A stretch of DNA of 64,000 nucleotides from NCBI GenBank assembly GCA_964247055.1, contig OZ176051.1:13144001-13208000 (forward strand), given 5' to 3'. Below the pieces are notes generated by a model. That model was not told where the DNA came from and searched no databases. It saw only the letters and a program-made list of their open reading frames with translations. The position numbers were made by a program, and so were the translations under genes. This stretch comes from Paragordius varius (Eukaryota; Animalia; Nematomorpha). Positions 1 through 12,359 of this stretch are shown piece by piece (the stretch's first letter is position 1; each line of letters begins with the position of its first letter).

Positions 1-1265
1 TTTCATAGGAATATTAATGAAGAGCTTAAGCGAAAAAAAAAATTTTACATACAAATAGTACGCATATAATTTTATCATATCTATCACATCTATATAAAAA
101 TGTGGTGTCCAAAATTAAAAATTAAACCATATACATGTATATATATAAATGCTAAAAAATGGGATATCAGCACACTTACGATCTAAAATAAGCATTGAGT
201 CCAATGATTTATTCTGTAAAATAAAAAAAATGAACAAAGTACTTATATAGATATGTTTTTTCCAGTGCTCTATTTACTTATTTATAAATATTATAATGGT
301 TGCAAAATCGCATAAATGTATCTATATTATTTTAGCGCATATGTGGTATTAATAATAAAAAAATGTACTTTAATAGTCTATCAATAATAAATCTTATTCT
401 ATGTTATAGTATCTATTTTTAAGGATATTTCACTTTTTAACCTTATCATTTTTGGTTGTATTATTGTGTTATTGCGTTTTGTCATTAATAAACACACCTG
501 GAAAATGGGAAGGTTTATTCATTAGATGCCTGACACTATTATAAGGGTGTATAGCTTTATTGATTTTTAGGGTTTAGTTTTATTGGGAAAATCAGGTACG
601 CTCTGTTTAAAATAATACTCTAGTGTTTTTTTGCCATAATTAAATGCATCAATTAACTGAACCTTAACTTTTGCACCGTTGAGGATTATTGAATTCAACA
701 AAAACAACAACAATAAAAAAATGGTAAAAAAATATGAAATAATATATATAAATTTGATACAAATAAAATCCAAATAATGTTAGTTATATCTAAGGAAAAA
801 GGAGTAAAATCGATATTGCATTGATACTTTTACTGTTTCATACACCAATTATGTAGCATCTATTATTATGAAGCTCTTACTATCAATAAAATATTTATAA
901 TATTAATTCTAAGCATAACCTCATAAAGATAACAATTAACATATTATGTTCATCTAAATTAATGATTTGGTTTCTATCTATAATACATTCCTATGTGTCA
1001 TATATATTTCCTTTATCTTACGAAAATTTTTGATCATAGATTTGGTAAGGCGTATTATTTTTAATAAACTTTTAAATATTTATAACCACGTGCTGTCTAT
1101 TAGCAAATTTTGGTATTTTATATGTCCCCTTTGTATTTTTTCTGACAGAAGCTAGTAATACCAACTGTAAATTCAATCTTAATATTAAAATTAATCATTA
1201 AGCATAACAGAGTGTACTAGCGACTCAAAAATAACTAAATTTTATATTATATATATATATATATA

Positions 1266-1451
1266 TAGTATGAGTATACATTGCTAGGGTATCAATTATT
1301 GCCAAATAGTAAAAACAACAAAGGGCAGTTTTATTGGATAATAATACTAATAAGTGAAAAAATAACTCAAAGCCAATAATACTGCCCTTTGTTTTATTTA
1401 CTATTTTGCAATAATTAATAACTTTCTAGCAATGTATACTTACTCATACTG
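1266..1451. mobile_element. ~190-bp MITE/hairpin (Tc1/mariner-like, TA-flanked)
   Basis: ~75-bp imperfect inverted arms (tagtatgagtatacattgctag...aaagggcagt / actgccctttg...ctagcaatgtatac..actcatactg) embedded in (TA)n runs. Confidence 0.65.
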
Positions 1452-1469
1452 TATATATATATACCTATA

Positions 1470-1510
<41 letters not shown>

Positions 1511-1649
1511 TGTTAGATATATGTACTCTCATGGACACTTTGGTTTAGGGTTGAATTAGTATTAAATCATAATAATTAAATATTATGTTACTTGTAATAG
1601 CACAAATTTAGTGCAAGTTTAACACTTGGATACAACACACTCATTTTAG

Positions 1650-2204
1650 TCCTCCGATTCAAATTGGGGTAGTTAAATACCCCAGGCCTGTTTAAAATTA
1701 AATTCTTTAAAAAATATAGAAGGAATCGATACCATGGCAAAATTTTGCACTCGTCTAACATTAATAAATCGAAATATATAAAAAATTTTATTCAAAAATA
1801 CTTGGTATTACTTATTTTAAGTTAAAACCGAAAGGTAAAAATTTCGTCAACGTGACATGTGTCAAATTGTAAAATTGAAAAATTATAAAAACTAAACCGT
1901 TTTTCTATTTCTATCAATGTTAGATGTAATTTATATAAAAAATTAGCTTTAGTTTTACCCTTAAAATTAAATGAACTCGATATTTTGCAAAAAATTTTAA
2001 AAATAAAAATGGCGTCGAAGTAGTTTGAGATGGAGCTTTTTTTTCAAAACAAAATTTTATCAAGATATTTTGGCATATTTATATAATATATATCAGGATA
2101 GAAGCATAAATTTAAAATGGGACCGTTTCCTTCAGTAGTTTTTTTAAAAATATTAATTTAAATTTAGTCTGGGGTATTTAGATACCCCAATTTGAATCGA
2201 AGTG
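1650..2204. mobile_element. MITE family C, copy 1 (tentatively piggyBac-like)
   Basis: TIR ccgattcaaattggggtagttaaatacccca / tggggtatttagataccccaatttgaatcgaagtg followed by TTAA; homologous copies at 39686-40208 and ~58330-58825, plus an end fragment at ~30000-30075. The left TTAA is not clean. Confidence 0.65.
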
Positions 2205-3441
2205 TTAAAGTAATGAAATAAAATGTATTATGATGAAAAACCTATTTATATTTTATACTTCCTTACCTTTTCCCTTTCTATTTTGGGTAAATTTATATCC
2301 TAGAATTTTTGTAAATAAATTATAAAAATTGCGAGCTTTAAACACGAATGAAACGAACGAACAGCTGATGAATAAATATTAAATTTTTGCTGGTAAAATC
2401 CAACCTTAACTTCTTATTAATTAATATTTTCTAACTATAATATACAATTATGCGCCTTTTGAATTATCCCTTTCAAAAAACTTATAGAAAAAATGGCAGC
2501 AAAGAAGAAATTTTTTACAAATTTAATTCAAAAAATTTATAATGTGCCTAAAAGGTTAAAAAAAGCATTTTTTAATCCCACTCAACTTATTTTTAAGCTA
2601 TTCATTTCACATCGGTCTGGAAAAAATACCCCAAAAAGTAATGGAGTATTTGTATATATTTTATTTTAAAAAGGTGGATAATTACATTTCTTCAAACACT
2701 GTTGCAACAGACTAAGTGAACGTAAAATGGGTTTGATATTAATTACATGCTGGATTATTAAAATTTATTTTAAATTATGAAGATGAATTGTATTTTAAGG
2801 TACCTACAAATATTACACAAATAAAAAAGCACTCTATTTCGATGCTCCATACATATTTATCAGTGCAGATCTTTTAAAAAACATTTTCTTAAATATTAAT
2901 AAAAATAGGCGATCCTTTCATCCGTGTTTTAAATATTCTTTTATAGAGACAGCATGTTTCATCATAAAATGCGATAGATCATCACGCGATCACGGCTTCA
3001 AATTACTTCTCTTTTAACTTTTAGAAAACGGATTTGGATGTTTTTTTTATATATCAAGAAGTGCTATTTCATTTAAAACTTCCCTAAGCTTAGTATATTG
3101 AAAGATAATAATATTGATATGTGCTTTTTTAATTTATAAATTCAATGGCATCAATTTACCTATTTTTATCAAAAAATAGTAGGTATTAAAATATTCAAAA
3201 TCGCACCGATGTACATTACATTTAACTCTCTTACAATGCAACGAATACACCTCATAAATTTAAATGGTACAAAACGATAGGCTACACTTCTCCACCAATT
3301 TCCAATTTTATTATTGATAGACGAGCTCCTTATATCATAAATTTAAGAAATGATTTCGTTTGCTAAGAATACTGAATTTAATAAAATTCATAAAACATCT
3401 GCAAGTTTTGTATATGATTCAAAAAAATGGATTTATATATA

Positions 3442-4072
3442 CCATTTGCACTTCAATAGTGTCCTTGAACAATTCACGTTGGTTTTTAGACATTTCAAGT
3501 TGGTCCTTGAACACTTCAAATTGGTCCTTGAACAGTTCACGTTGGTCCTTAAAATTTTAAAATTTTGATTTAACCATAATTTTTGCATGTATTCTTTTAT
3601 TTTATTATTTTTTAAACTATTTTCTTTATTATATATTTATTTAAAATAAAATTTTTCATTTTAAAAACACTTATATTTCAAACTAATTTTCCAATTTAAC
3701 AAAATTATAAAGGTTTCAATAAATTTTTTTATTAATAACCCATAAAACTCATATATTTTTTAATTAGGTGTTATAATCTTATAAATATTTTAAATAATTT
3801 TAAGAAATTAATAAAGTACGGTTTCTTAATGATTAAAAGTTGATATTGATTTAAAATATATTTTAAATAATAGAAAATAGGTTAAAAACGATAAAATAGA
3901 TGATTTATTTGATTGATAAAAGTTAAAAATAAACCAAAAAAGTCAAAGGACCTACAAGTGTTCAAGGACCAACTTGAAATGTTCAAGGACCAACTTGAGG
4001 TGTTCAAGGACCAACTTGAAGTATTCGAGGACCAACTAGAAATGCTCAAGGACACTCTAGAAGTGCAAATGC
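3442..4072. mobile_element. MITE family D (CCATTT-terminal TIRs with 21-bp tandem subterminal repeats)
   Basis: Ends ccatttgcacttcaatagtgtccttgaac / gctcaaggacactctagaagtgcaaatgc; 21-bp unit TTGAACAATTCAAGTTGGTCC in both arms; TA flanks; same family as 38772-39414 and 57398-58174. Confidence 0.8.
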
Positions 4073-4362
4073 TATAGTTAGTTTCTTTATGAGCGACTGA
4101 GAATTTTTGGTAAGATAAAAATATTATATCGTTTACAAAAAAATGTAAGGCTTTCGTGGAGCTTCTTCAATATAAATGAATTGCTTAAATAACTTAAATA
4201 TCTCAATTTACAAGTGTAATGAATTAACACATTGTATGGTATAAAAATTGGAAAACTTTGAAAGGTAGTAAGATCATATGGTTTTCTCAGTATATTTTGA
4301 GACAGCTTATTTACATAGCCTATTAACTGCAAATTTAACTAATTGAAGGAATAATTCTCGAT

Positions 4363-4670
4363 CAGGGGTGGCCAACACGCGGCCGGCGGGCCGCAAGCGT
4401 CCTCCGAGATATTCTGCAAAAATAGAAAATTACCAAATACATAGGATTTCCATAAATTACAAATGCTGATAAAATCTTAGTAAAATTTATACAAATTTCT
4501 TGATAAGACATTAAAGTTGGCAACAAAATGCAAAAATTGATATAAATATTATATTGTTTTTCTCTTTTCAGTCCTACAATTAATAAAATATTTATGAATG
4601 CCCATAAATTTTTCGAATGCCGCCCTCCTATTTCAGTTGAAAATGCGGCCCATGAATCGGATTTTAACAA
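4363..4670 (+). mobile_element. hAT (Buster/Charlie-type) non-autonomous end fragment
   Basis: caggggtggccaacacgcggccggcgggccgcaagcg terminus, typical of hAT-Buster ends; related ends at ~6840-6905 and ~13845-13898. Confidence 0.5.
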
Positions 4671-5039
4671 GATAATCATTATGAGGTAATATTATATTCA
4701 TGCCGAGTAAGATTTTATTTGAAATTTTAGCTAACCTTGTCACGCTTCGCTTTAATAAAAAAACATATTTTCAAAAAGAATGTCTTTAATTATTCTTTTA
4801 CGGGCTTTTGAATAGGGTCAAATATTGTTTAATCGAAATTGACCATATTTTATCTGTCCCTTTTTAAAGTTAATATTCAACTATCATTGGATTTATTTTA
4901 ACATTTTTGTTTTACGAAATTATGGTTAAAAGTTTTTTGAGATTGTGTTTACACCGCTGTGATCAAGGGATATAAAATGTAAATCATTTGTGGTCCCTTT
5001 TTAAAGAAAAAAATGATATTATACAAATTCCCCAGAAAA

Positions 5040-6695
5040 GTGTTTAACTGAACTCATATGGCTTCTTAAGTTTTTCGAAATTAGCTTCAAAACCACGCCA
5101 TTTCTGTATGGCCTCCTAGTTTTAAGCCGGTAGACCCCTACCCATAGACCTATATGGAAAAAGCGCTGAGTTAAATTTTTGCCTTTATAGGGCTAATATT
5201 TGGAATTAGTTTTGATACCATCGTTTCATAGGTTATTCGAAAAAATACCTCAACACTAAATAATCGTTATATGATGGCGTTTGTTCAGGATATAAAAGCC
5301 CCAAATAAACGGCTAATAAAAAAACGCCTGACCTTTTTTACCTAGTTACGGGTATTAACCCTTTAATGAGCTCATATGGCTTCATAAAATTTCTGTTAAT
5401 TAGCTCCAAAACACAGCAATTTCTATATATTGGCGCAGTTTTTGGCGGGCAGCTCCTAACCCAGGGACAGGTATAAAAGAGCGTAGGGGAAAATTTTGCC
5501 TTTATATGGGGAATATCTGAAATTATCATGAATTCCATTGTTCTTATTAGACTCATAGGTTTTCTGAAATTTGTCTCCAAAGGCATGATGTATCGATAGG
5601 TGACGCAGTTTTACGCGAGTAACCCCCTAACCAGGGACGAAACAAAAAAACGCCTAATTAAAATTTTTGCCTTAATTTGGGTAATACCTTGAATCATGAT
5701 TGATTCTATATGCTCTTGTGGGATTTTCAAAAAAATTGACTCAAAACCAAAATGTTATTCTATGGTGGCGCATTTTTCAGGGTAAGGGCCTATCTAAGGG
5801 GTAATCTAATAAAACCTTACTTAGATTTTTGCCTTCTTACGGGTAATATTTCAAGCCTTATTAAACTCAAATGGCCTAATAAGTTTTGTAAAATTTGCCT
5901 CCAAAGTCAGGCTGTATCGATATGGTGGCTCAGTTGTTGGCGGGTACCCCTACCCAGAGGCCAATATAAAAAAAGAAGTTCGATTTTATAGGAGAATACC
6001 TGGAATCGTCATTCATTCCTTATGTTCCTAATAGCTTTTGTAAGAATGGGTTCAAAACTAAATAATAGTTCAAGGATCGCGTATTTTTCAGGGCGTGAAG
6101 GGCCTAATTTATAAAAACCGCAAGATTTAAATTTTTGCCTTGTTACGGGTAATTCATTAAGCACCTATTGAACTCGTATGGCCTAATAGGTTTTCTGAAA
6201 TTTGGCTCCAAAACAACGCAATTTCTATATAGTAGCGCAGTTTTTGGAGGGTAGCTCCTAACTAAGGGGCAGGCAAAAAAAGCGTTGGGCAAAACATTTG
6301 CCTTTTACCAGGGATATCTGAATCCTCATTAAAATTTTACGGTCTCATAACCTGGAAAATAGATTCAAAAAATTATTTTCGTGGACTTAGTTTTTTTGAA
6401 AAATGGCATTTTACGAGGAGAGCGGGTAAAAAGGGCTTAAATTAAAAAGGCGATCCCACTAACAAAAAAATCATATTTGAAATCGAATGGTCCAACATGT
6501 TTTCCTGAAAATGTATCAAAGACACGATTTTTGTGGACTTTTTACACAAGGTGGGCTCGAACTGGGGGCCTAATTCAAAAAACAGGCAAAGCTATTGTCG
6601 GGGCATATGATTATGTTTTTTCGACATTTGGATTTGAATGGATGTACCGGTTTTCCGGAAGATCACAAAGCCAGCATTTTTCATTTTTATTGACT
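5040..6695 (-). mobile_element. Degenerate non-autonomous Helitron carrying a ~160-bp satellite array
   Basis: 6340-6695 closely matches 11930-12348 and, in reverse complement, the 60042-61613 Helitron; 5050-6350 holds ~8 diverged ~160-bp monomers (ttttgcctt anchors near 5176, 5495, 5665, 5828, 6135, 6298); termini eroded. Confidence 0.7.
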
Positions 6696-7297
6696 TAAAA
6701 CATATTTATCCTATTGTTTCATTCCTTTACAAATAATCCAAAGACAGATAAAGATAAGGAATGGTGCCTTTTAATTCCGTTATAACAAATCAATGCTCTT
6801 CCAATATATGTCGTTCAAATAGCTCCTATCTATTATATAGTGGGCAGGCCTTGAGACAAAATAAATATATTTTGCGGCCCGTTAAAATTTATTGGTAAAT
6901 CACTGGAATACTTAGTTTATCTAATCACTTGATATCCGAGTTTGTAAATACATAAGAATTGCATCACACATTATCTCTTTATTGTACCAGTTTTTTTATT
7001 TGCTCACTAAATTTTGCAATAATGTTTGCAAATTACTATGTTTAGACTGAATTTTGCGGTATTCAAGTTCCAAAATTTTAATCTCCATTATTGTATCCTA
7101 GAATTAAAATTCAATAATATTTACTTCCATATTAAGTCGTAAAAGATTCTCTTCAGTTAAAGCCTCACATAAAACCTAAAATATGATTATAATTCTATTT
7201 ACTTGTGTAAAAATTTTGTTTTTTAACATTAAATGTAGCAATAAAAAATAACAATCAAATTAAAGCGTTTATTATTTTATTAAAATACATATATATA

Positions 7298-8550
7298 CAC
7301 TGTGTGCAAAAAAATTTTTAACGAAAAATTTTTTTTTTCATGAGATAGCTTATGACCAGCGTATTTTTGCCGCAAAATTTTTTATTTGTTGACAACCTAC
7401 TTTTTGAGATATCGAGAAAGAATCGAAATCGGGCAAAAAGTAAAAATTAAGGATAATTAAGGATAATTCAAAAAATAATGATAAAATTTGAAATATTATG
7501 GTTTATTATTCTTTTAGGAGATATTTATAATATATAAATAGCCTAAAATCATATAGTTTAGGTTTCTAAAAAAATTCAGGTCAAAAGATGGCGTTTTTCT
7601 TTCGTCACACTTAAAAGACAAAATAAATTTAATGAAGCTATATTAAAATAATTTTTTTTAATTATTTACTACCTAAACTCACTATTAAATTAACATTCAT
7701 ATTTTATTCAGTAAAATAAACTTCTATATCAAAATAAAACCAAAAATATTGTTTTTGATTTTGTATTTTTTTGTCATCTGGTTTATGCGTGTATAAAAAA
7801 TTTATACTGTTTTATTTTGGATTCTCACTGATTAGGAATTATAAAGTATATAATTTAAGGATTTAAATTTAGTAGAATATCAACCAACAATCCGTAAATC
7901 CCAATACATATAATTTGTCATAAAACAGACTTGTTACAGGAAATTGTAAGGATTGCTGGTTGATATTCCTCTTTAAATCCTATTTTGCATAAATTATATA
8001 CTTAATAATTCCTAATCATGTGAGAATTCAAAATAAAACAGTATAAATTTTTTATACACTCATAAACCAGATGACAAAAAAATGCAAAAATAAAAAACAA
8101 TATTTTTGGTTTTATTTTGATATAGAAATTTATTTTACTGAATAAAATATGAATATTAAGATTTTAATAGCGAGTTTAGGTAGTAAATAATTAAAAAAAA
8201 TTATTTTAATATAGTTTCATTAAATTTATTTTGTCTTTTAAGTGTGACAAAAGAAAAACTCCATCTTTTGACCTGAAATTTTATATAAACCCAAACTATA
8301 TGATTTTAGGCTATTTATATATTGAAAATATCTCATAAAATGATAATAAACCATAATTTCAAATTTTATCATTATTTTTTGAATTATCCTTAATTTTCAC
8401 TTTTTGCCCGATTTCGATTTTCTCTCAATATCTCAAGAACTAGGTTGTCAACAAATAAAAATTTTTGCGGCAAATGAATACGCTGGTCATAAGCTATCTC
8501 ATGAAAAATTTTTCGTTAAATCAAAATGACCCTCTTTTCTGCACACAGTA
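7298..8550. mobile_element. Foldback/MITE family A (~1.25-kb near-complete palindrome)
   Basis: Ends cactgtgtgca / tgcacacagta in TA runs; ~600-bp arms pair up to 7899/7943 with a ~45-nt loop. Confidence 0.85.
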
Positions 8551-8807
8551 TATATATATATATATAACATGCATAAAAGAGGGTTGATTTTTTATTAACA
8601 AATAAGAAATCATGAGCTAGCTTATGACCAGCGAATTCATTGCCGCAAAAATTTTTATTTGTTGACGACATAGTTTCTGAAATATTAAGAGAAAATAGAA
8701 TTCGGGCAAAAAGTGAAAATTAAGGATAATTCAAAAAATGATAAAAGTTGAGATATTATGTTAATTATCATTTTAGGAGATATTTTCAATATATATACAG
8801 TTTAGAA

Positions 8808-11237
8808 CAGTGGTACTCACCAAAAAAATTTGACGGGCCAAATAAAACATATTTTATTTTCGAGGGCCATGAACCTTATAATGGCAAATATTCCATAGCT
8901 ATTTGACACATATGTACACATTTATATTCTAAATCAGCACAATGAATTTTTTTGCGGGGCCATTTAAATCCAGCTAAAAATTCGTTTTGCACCAATTATT
9001 TTTAAAAATTAAAATATTTTGAGAACAACATTTATTTTGATTTTAACCACTAATTTTTGACAAATTTGGTTTCGCCTCATGGCAGGCCAATCTTAATACG
9101 TCATCCATATGATTATTGGTTAAGCGATTTCTGTATGTATTCTTGATATACTTCATTTTTGAATATGCCGTCTCACACGTGTAAGTTGATGGAAAAACAG
9201 TTCAGATAACTTGAGCACACTTTTAATATTTTCATATTTATTTGGCACAACTTGCCAAAACTCTATATATCTTTCTTCTCTACGATTTTCCTTAAATATA
9301 GCTTCCAAATTGGAATCATTTTTAAAATCAACGAATTCTTCAATAAGCGCCTAAACCGAAAAGCTCAAGTTGCTTAAAGTTGGATATATCCATATGCCAT
9401 GGATTTTCAATAAGTTTTAAGCAATTTTTAATATTTTTTAATTCTTGAAATCTGAATTTCATCCCATTAAATGTTAAATGATTGTCTATTATTAAATTAA
9501 TTTCCGCGGTAAATTCCATATTTTCGTTATGAATCGTTTTAAGTGTTGGAAAATGTAGGAGTGTTTTATCTATAAAATCTTGTTTATATATTATTAATTT
9601 TTCTTCAAAAGCAAATATATGATTAGCAAATTGGGTTATTATTTTGCTCCCTTGAAGACTTGTATTAAAAATACTAAGTTTATAAGTAATGTCGCAAAGG
9701 TAGGCTAATAAAACCCACCATTTGTCACTATTAATTTCCTCGTCAAACTTTCTGTTATCTTTTATAAATAATAGAATTTCATGTCTTAAATCAAAAAATC
9801 TATTCAATACTTTGCTAAGGCTTAGCCATCTCACAGCGGTGTACAAAAGAATATCATCAAACTCACTGTGGATATCTTTCAGGAGGTTTTTGAATTTACG
9901 GTGATTGAATTCTCTGCCACGGATGTAGTTAACTATATCCACAACCGTTTTAATTACTAAATTTAGTGATTCATTTTTACAAGCGAAACCAAGTTTTGCT
10001 GATGAATAAAGCAGTGAAAGGATAATATATTTTGCAAATTATATTTGTTTTAGAGGAATAAACCCTTTGTTTATTCCAATCACAGAGGGACAGCCATCTG
10101 TGCAGATCGAAACCAATTTTTTCATAGATATACCATTATTATCGAAAAAAGTGCTAATTATTTCAAGAAAATCACTGCCTTTTGTAGTATTATTCATTGG
10201 TAAAAATTTCAAATATTCCTTGTTGAAATGTTGTCGTTGCAAAATCTCACGAAGAGCGCACATTGAGGTGTTGAACTTATATCAGTGCTAGAATCGATTG
10301 CAATACTGAAGTATTTGCAGTTTTTCAGAGCCAATAATGTATTGTTAAAAATATATTTAGACATATCTTCAATGCGTCGAGCATATGTTGAATCAGAAAG
10401 TTGAAGTTTTTTAATTTGCCTCATGATTTGATTTTTATGATGGAATTTATCAAATAAAAAAGGGCAACCATTTATTAGACATTCTGGGAATCAGTAAACG
10501 GTTTCATATTTTTTCCTATATAGCAAATTTCATGCGAAGCTAATGCTACAGCTTTTTCCTGGGAAAAAGCTATGGCCATAAGAGATTTTTCTTTCTCGTA
10601 TCATTCCTTAAAAGTTTTAGTTTCGTTTCTTTCCTTATGATTTTCTGGTAATTTATGAGAATGATGGATTTTAAAATGTCTTTCAATATTGTATTTTTTA
10701 TAATTATGTTGTCCTTGCATATAAGGCAGGTGGCAACTTTGTTATTTAAAACGACAAAAAAATTATTTTCCAATTCTTTTTTAAACGAGCGATCTTCATC
10801 GGATAATTTACGTTTTTTGGCATTAGATGTCATCCTTTGAATTTATGTTTATTATTATGTAATAAAAATAGGAATATAAATTGAATTATGCTATAAAAAA
10901 CAGGTCGAAGTTTAATGATGTTGAGTTGAAAAATATTTTATGGGAATGAATTATAAAAAAGATGATAGCAATGAAATGTATATGCAATGGGTGAAAATAA
11001 AAAATAGCAATAAAAATAAAGAAAAGAAAATAGAATATACAGAAAAAGAAACAACGTGTGCCATAAATCATAAATTTTAAAATCATTTTAATGTAGGAAA
11101 ATTTTTCTACATTTCAAATTGGGTAAAAAATAAATATTATCAATAAAAAAATTTTAGGTATCAATATGGTCATAGGGCAATTTTAAAGCACACTTAGGGC
11201 CGCATGCGGCCCGCGGGCCGCGGTTTGAGTATCACTG
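8808..11237 (-). mobile_element. Full-length hAT (Buster/SPIN-type) DNA transposon, decayed
   Basis: TIRs CAGTGGTACTCA (8808) and CAGTGATACTCA (reverse complement, ending 11237); identical 8-bp TSD GTTTAGAA (8800-8807 and 11238-11245) with central TA; gggccgcatgcggcccgcgggcc subterminal motif. Confidence 0.93.
9043..10833 (-). pseudogene. hAT transposase (GTF2IRD2/EPM2AIP1/ZBED8-like), frameshifted
   Basis: Fragments MTSNAKKRKLSDEDRSF..CLIC, FSIAIDSSTD, ICTDGCPSVIG, LLYTAVRWLS, and C-terminal dimerisation motif FPSTYTCETAYSKMKYIKNTYRNRL; several frameshifts. Confidence 0.88.
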
Positions 11238-11245
11238 GTTTAGAA

Positions 11246-11411
11246 TCTCTTTTTTCCTTTTTTATTAAAGGGTAAGGACTTAAATTGTATCCGGACATGT
11301 GAAGGCATTAACACTCGCCTGCCCAGGGCTGACAGTGATGATGGAAAAAATGCGTAGTTTCGGGGTTCGAACTCAGGCACGCAGTGTGAGAGTCCGGCGC
11401 CCTACCTACTA
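11246..11411 (-). mobile_element. tRNA-Glu(CTC)-derived SINE, 5'-truncated
   Basis: Minus strand TAGTAGGTAGGGCGCCGGACTCTCACACTGCGTGCCTGAGTTCGAACCCCG has a partial A box, a CTCTCAC anticodon loop and a B box GTTCGAAC; the 3' tail ccctttaataaaaaaggaaaaaagaga recurs at 62142-62170; the tail continues at 8791-8807, left of the hAT insertion. Confidence 0.7.
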
Positions 11412-11845
11412 AAATAGCCTAAAATTCTATAGTTAGGGTTTCTATAAAATCTCAGTTCAAAAGATGGCGTTTTTCTTTTAATCTTAAAAGACAAAATTTA
11501 TGAAATTATATTAAAATAATGTTTTTAATTATTTACTAGAACTCACTATTATAATCTTAACATTCATGTTTTATTCTGTAAAAAAAACTTATATATCAAA
11601 ATAAAAAAAAATATTGTTTTTTATTTCATATTTTTGTCATGTTTATGAGTGTATAAAAAATTTATACGGATTTATTTTGGAATCTTAGGTGAGGAATTTT
11701 AATCTAAATAATTTTTGTAAAATAGAATTTAAAAGTAGTGGATAACCAAAAATTCTTACAAATTATGTAAAAGATTTGTTTTAACAATATTTGGTTGATT
11801 TTCCACTACTTGTAATTTTTATTTTGTATTAATTTATATATAAAA

Positions 11846-12359
11846 CTAGCGTAAATCTCGTGCTGCTAAGCACCCCGAGGAACCATTTTTCACACGGGGT
11901 AGGCACGAACTGGGGACCTAATTGAATTTTTACGGTCTCATACCTAGGGCGAAAAATAGATTTAAAAAAATATTTTTGTGGACTTTGTTTTTTTCAAAAA
12001 AATGGCATTTTACGGGAGGAGCGGCTAAAAAGAGGGCCTAAATTAAAAAAGCGAGACGACTATGTTCGGCGCAATCGAAAATAAGTAAACCAAAATCATA
12101 ATTGAAATTGAATGGACCAACACGTTCTCCAGAAAATTGTCTCAAAGACTCAATTTTTGTGGACTTCTGTTTTCAAAAAAACCCGTTTTTAAACACGGGG
12201 TGGGCCCGAACTGGGGGCCTATTTCAAAAAATGGGTGAAGCTATTGTCGGGGAATTCATTAATGATTATATTTTTTTGATGTTTGGATTTGATTGGGTCT
12301 ACCGGTTTTCCGGTACCAGATCACAAAGCCAGCATTTTCCATTTTTATAAATATATAGA
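11846..12359 (-). mobile_element. Non-autonomous Helitron (514 bp), intact ends
   Basis: Minus strand 5' TCTATATATTTATAAAAATGG; 3' hairpin GTGCT-TAGC-AGCAC then ...CGCTAG; inserted between A and T with no TSD. Confidence 0.85.

Noticed and set aside
567-773. 68-aa minus-strand ORF, and an exon-like open frame at ~2800-3015
   Set aside because: No recognisable motif and no linked exons; consistent with chance or decayed TE sequence
6477-6698. Similar short ORFs at 6477-6698 and 12102-12350 as a gene family
   Set aside because: Both lie inside copies of the non-coding Helitron repeat
4363-6905. A single hAT element spanning 4363-6905 and enclosing the satellite
   Set aside because: The flanks TTCTCGAT and GAATACTT do not form a TSD; these are more likely independent end fragments
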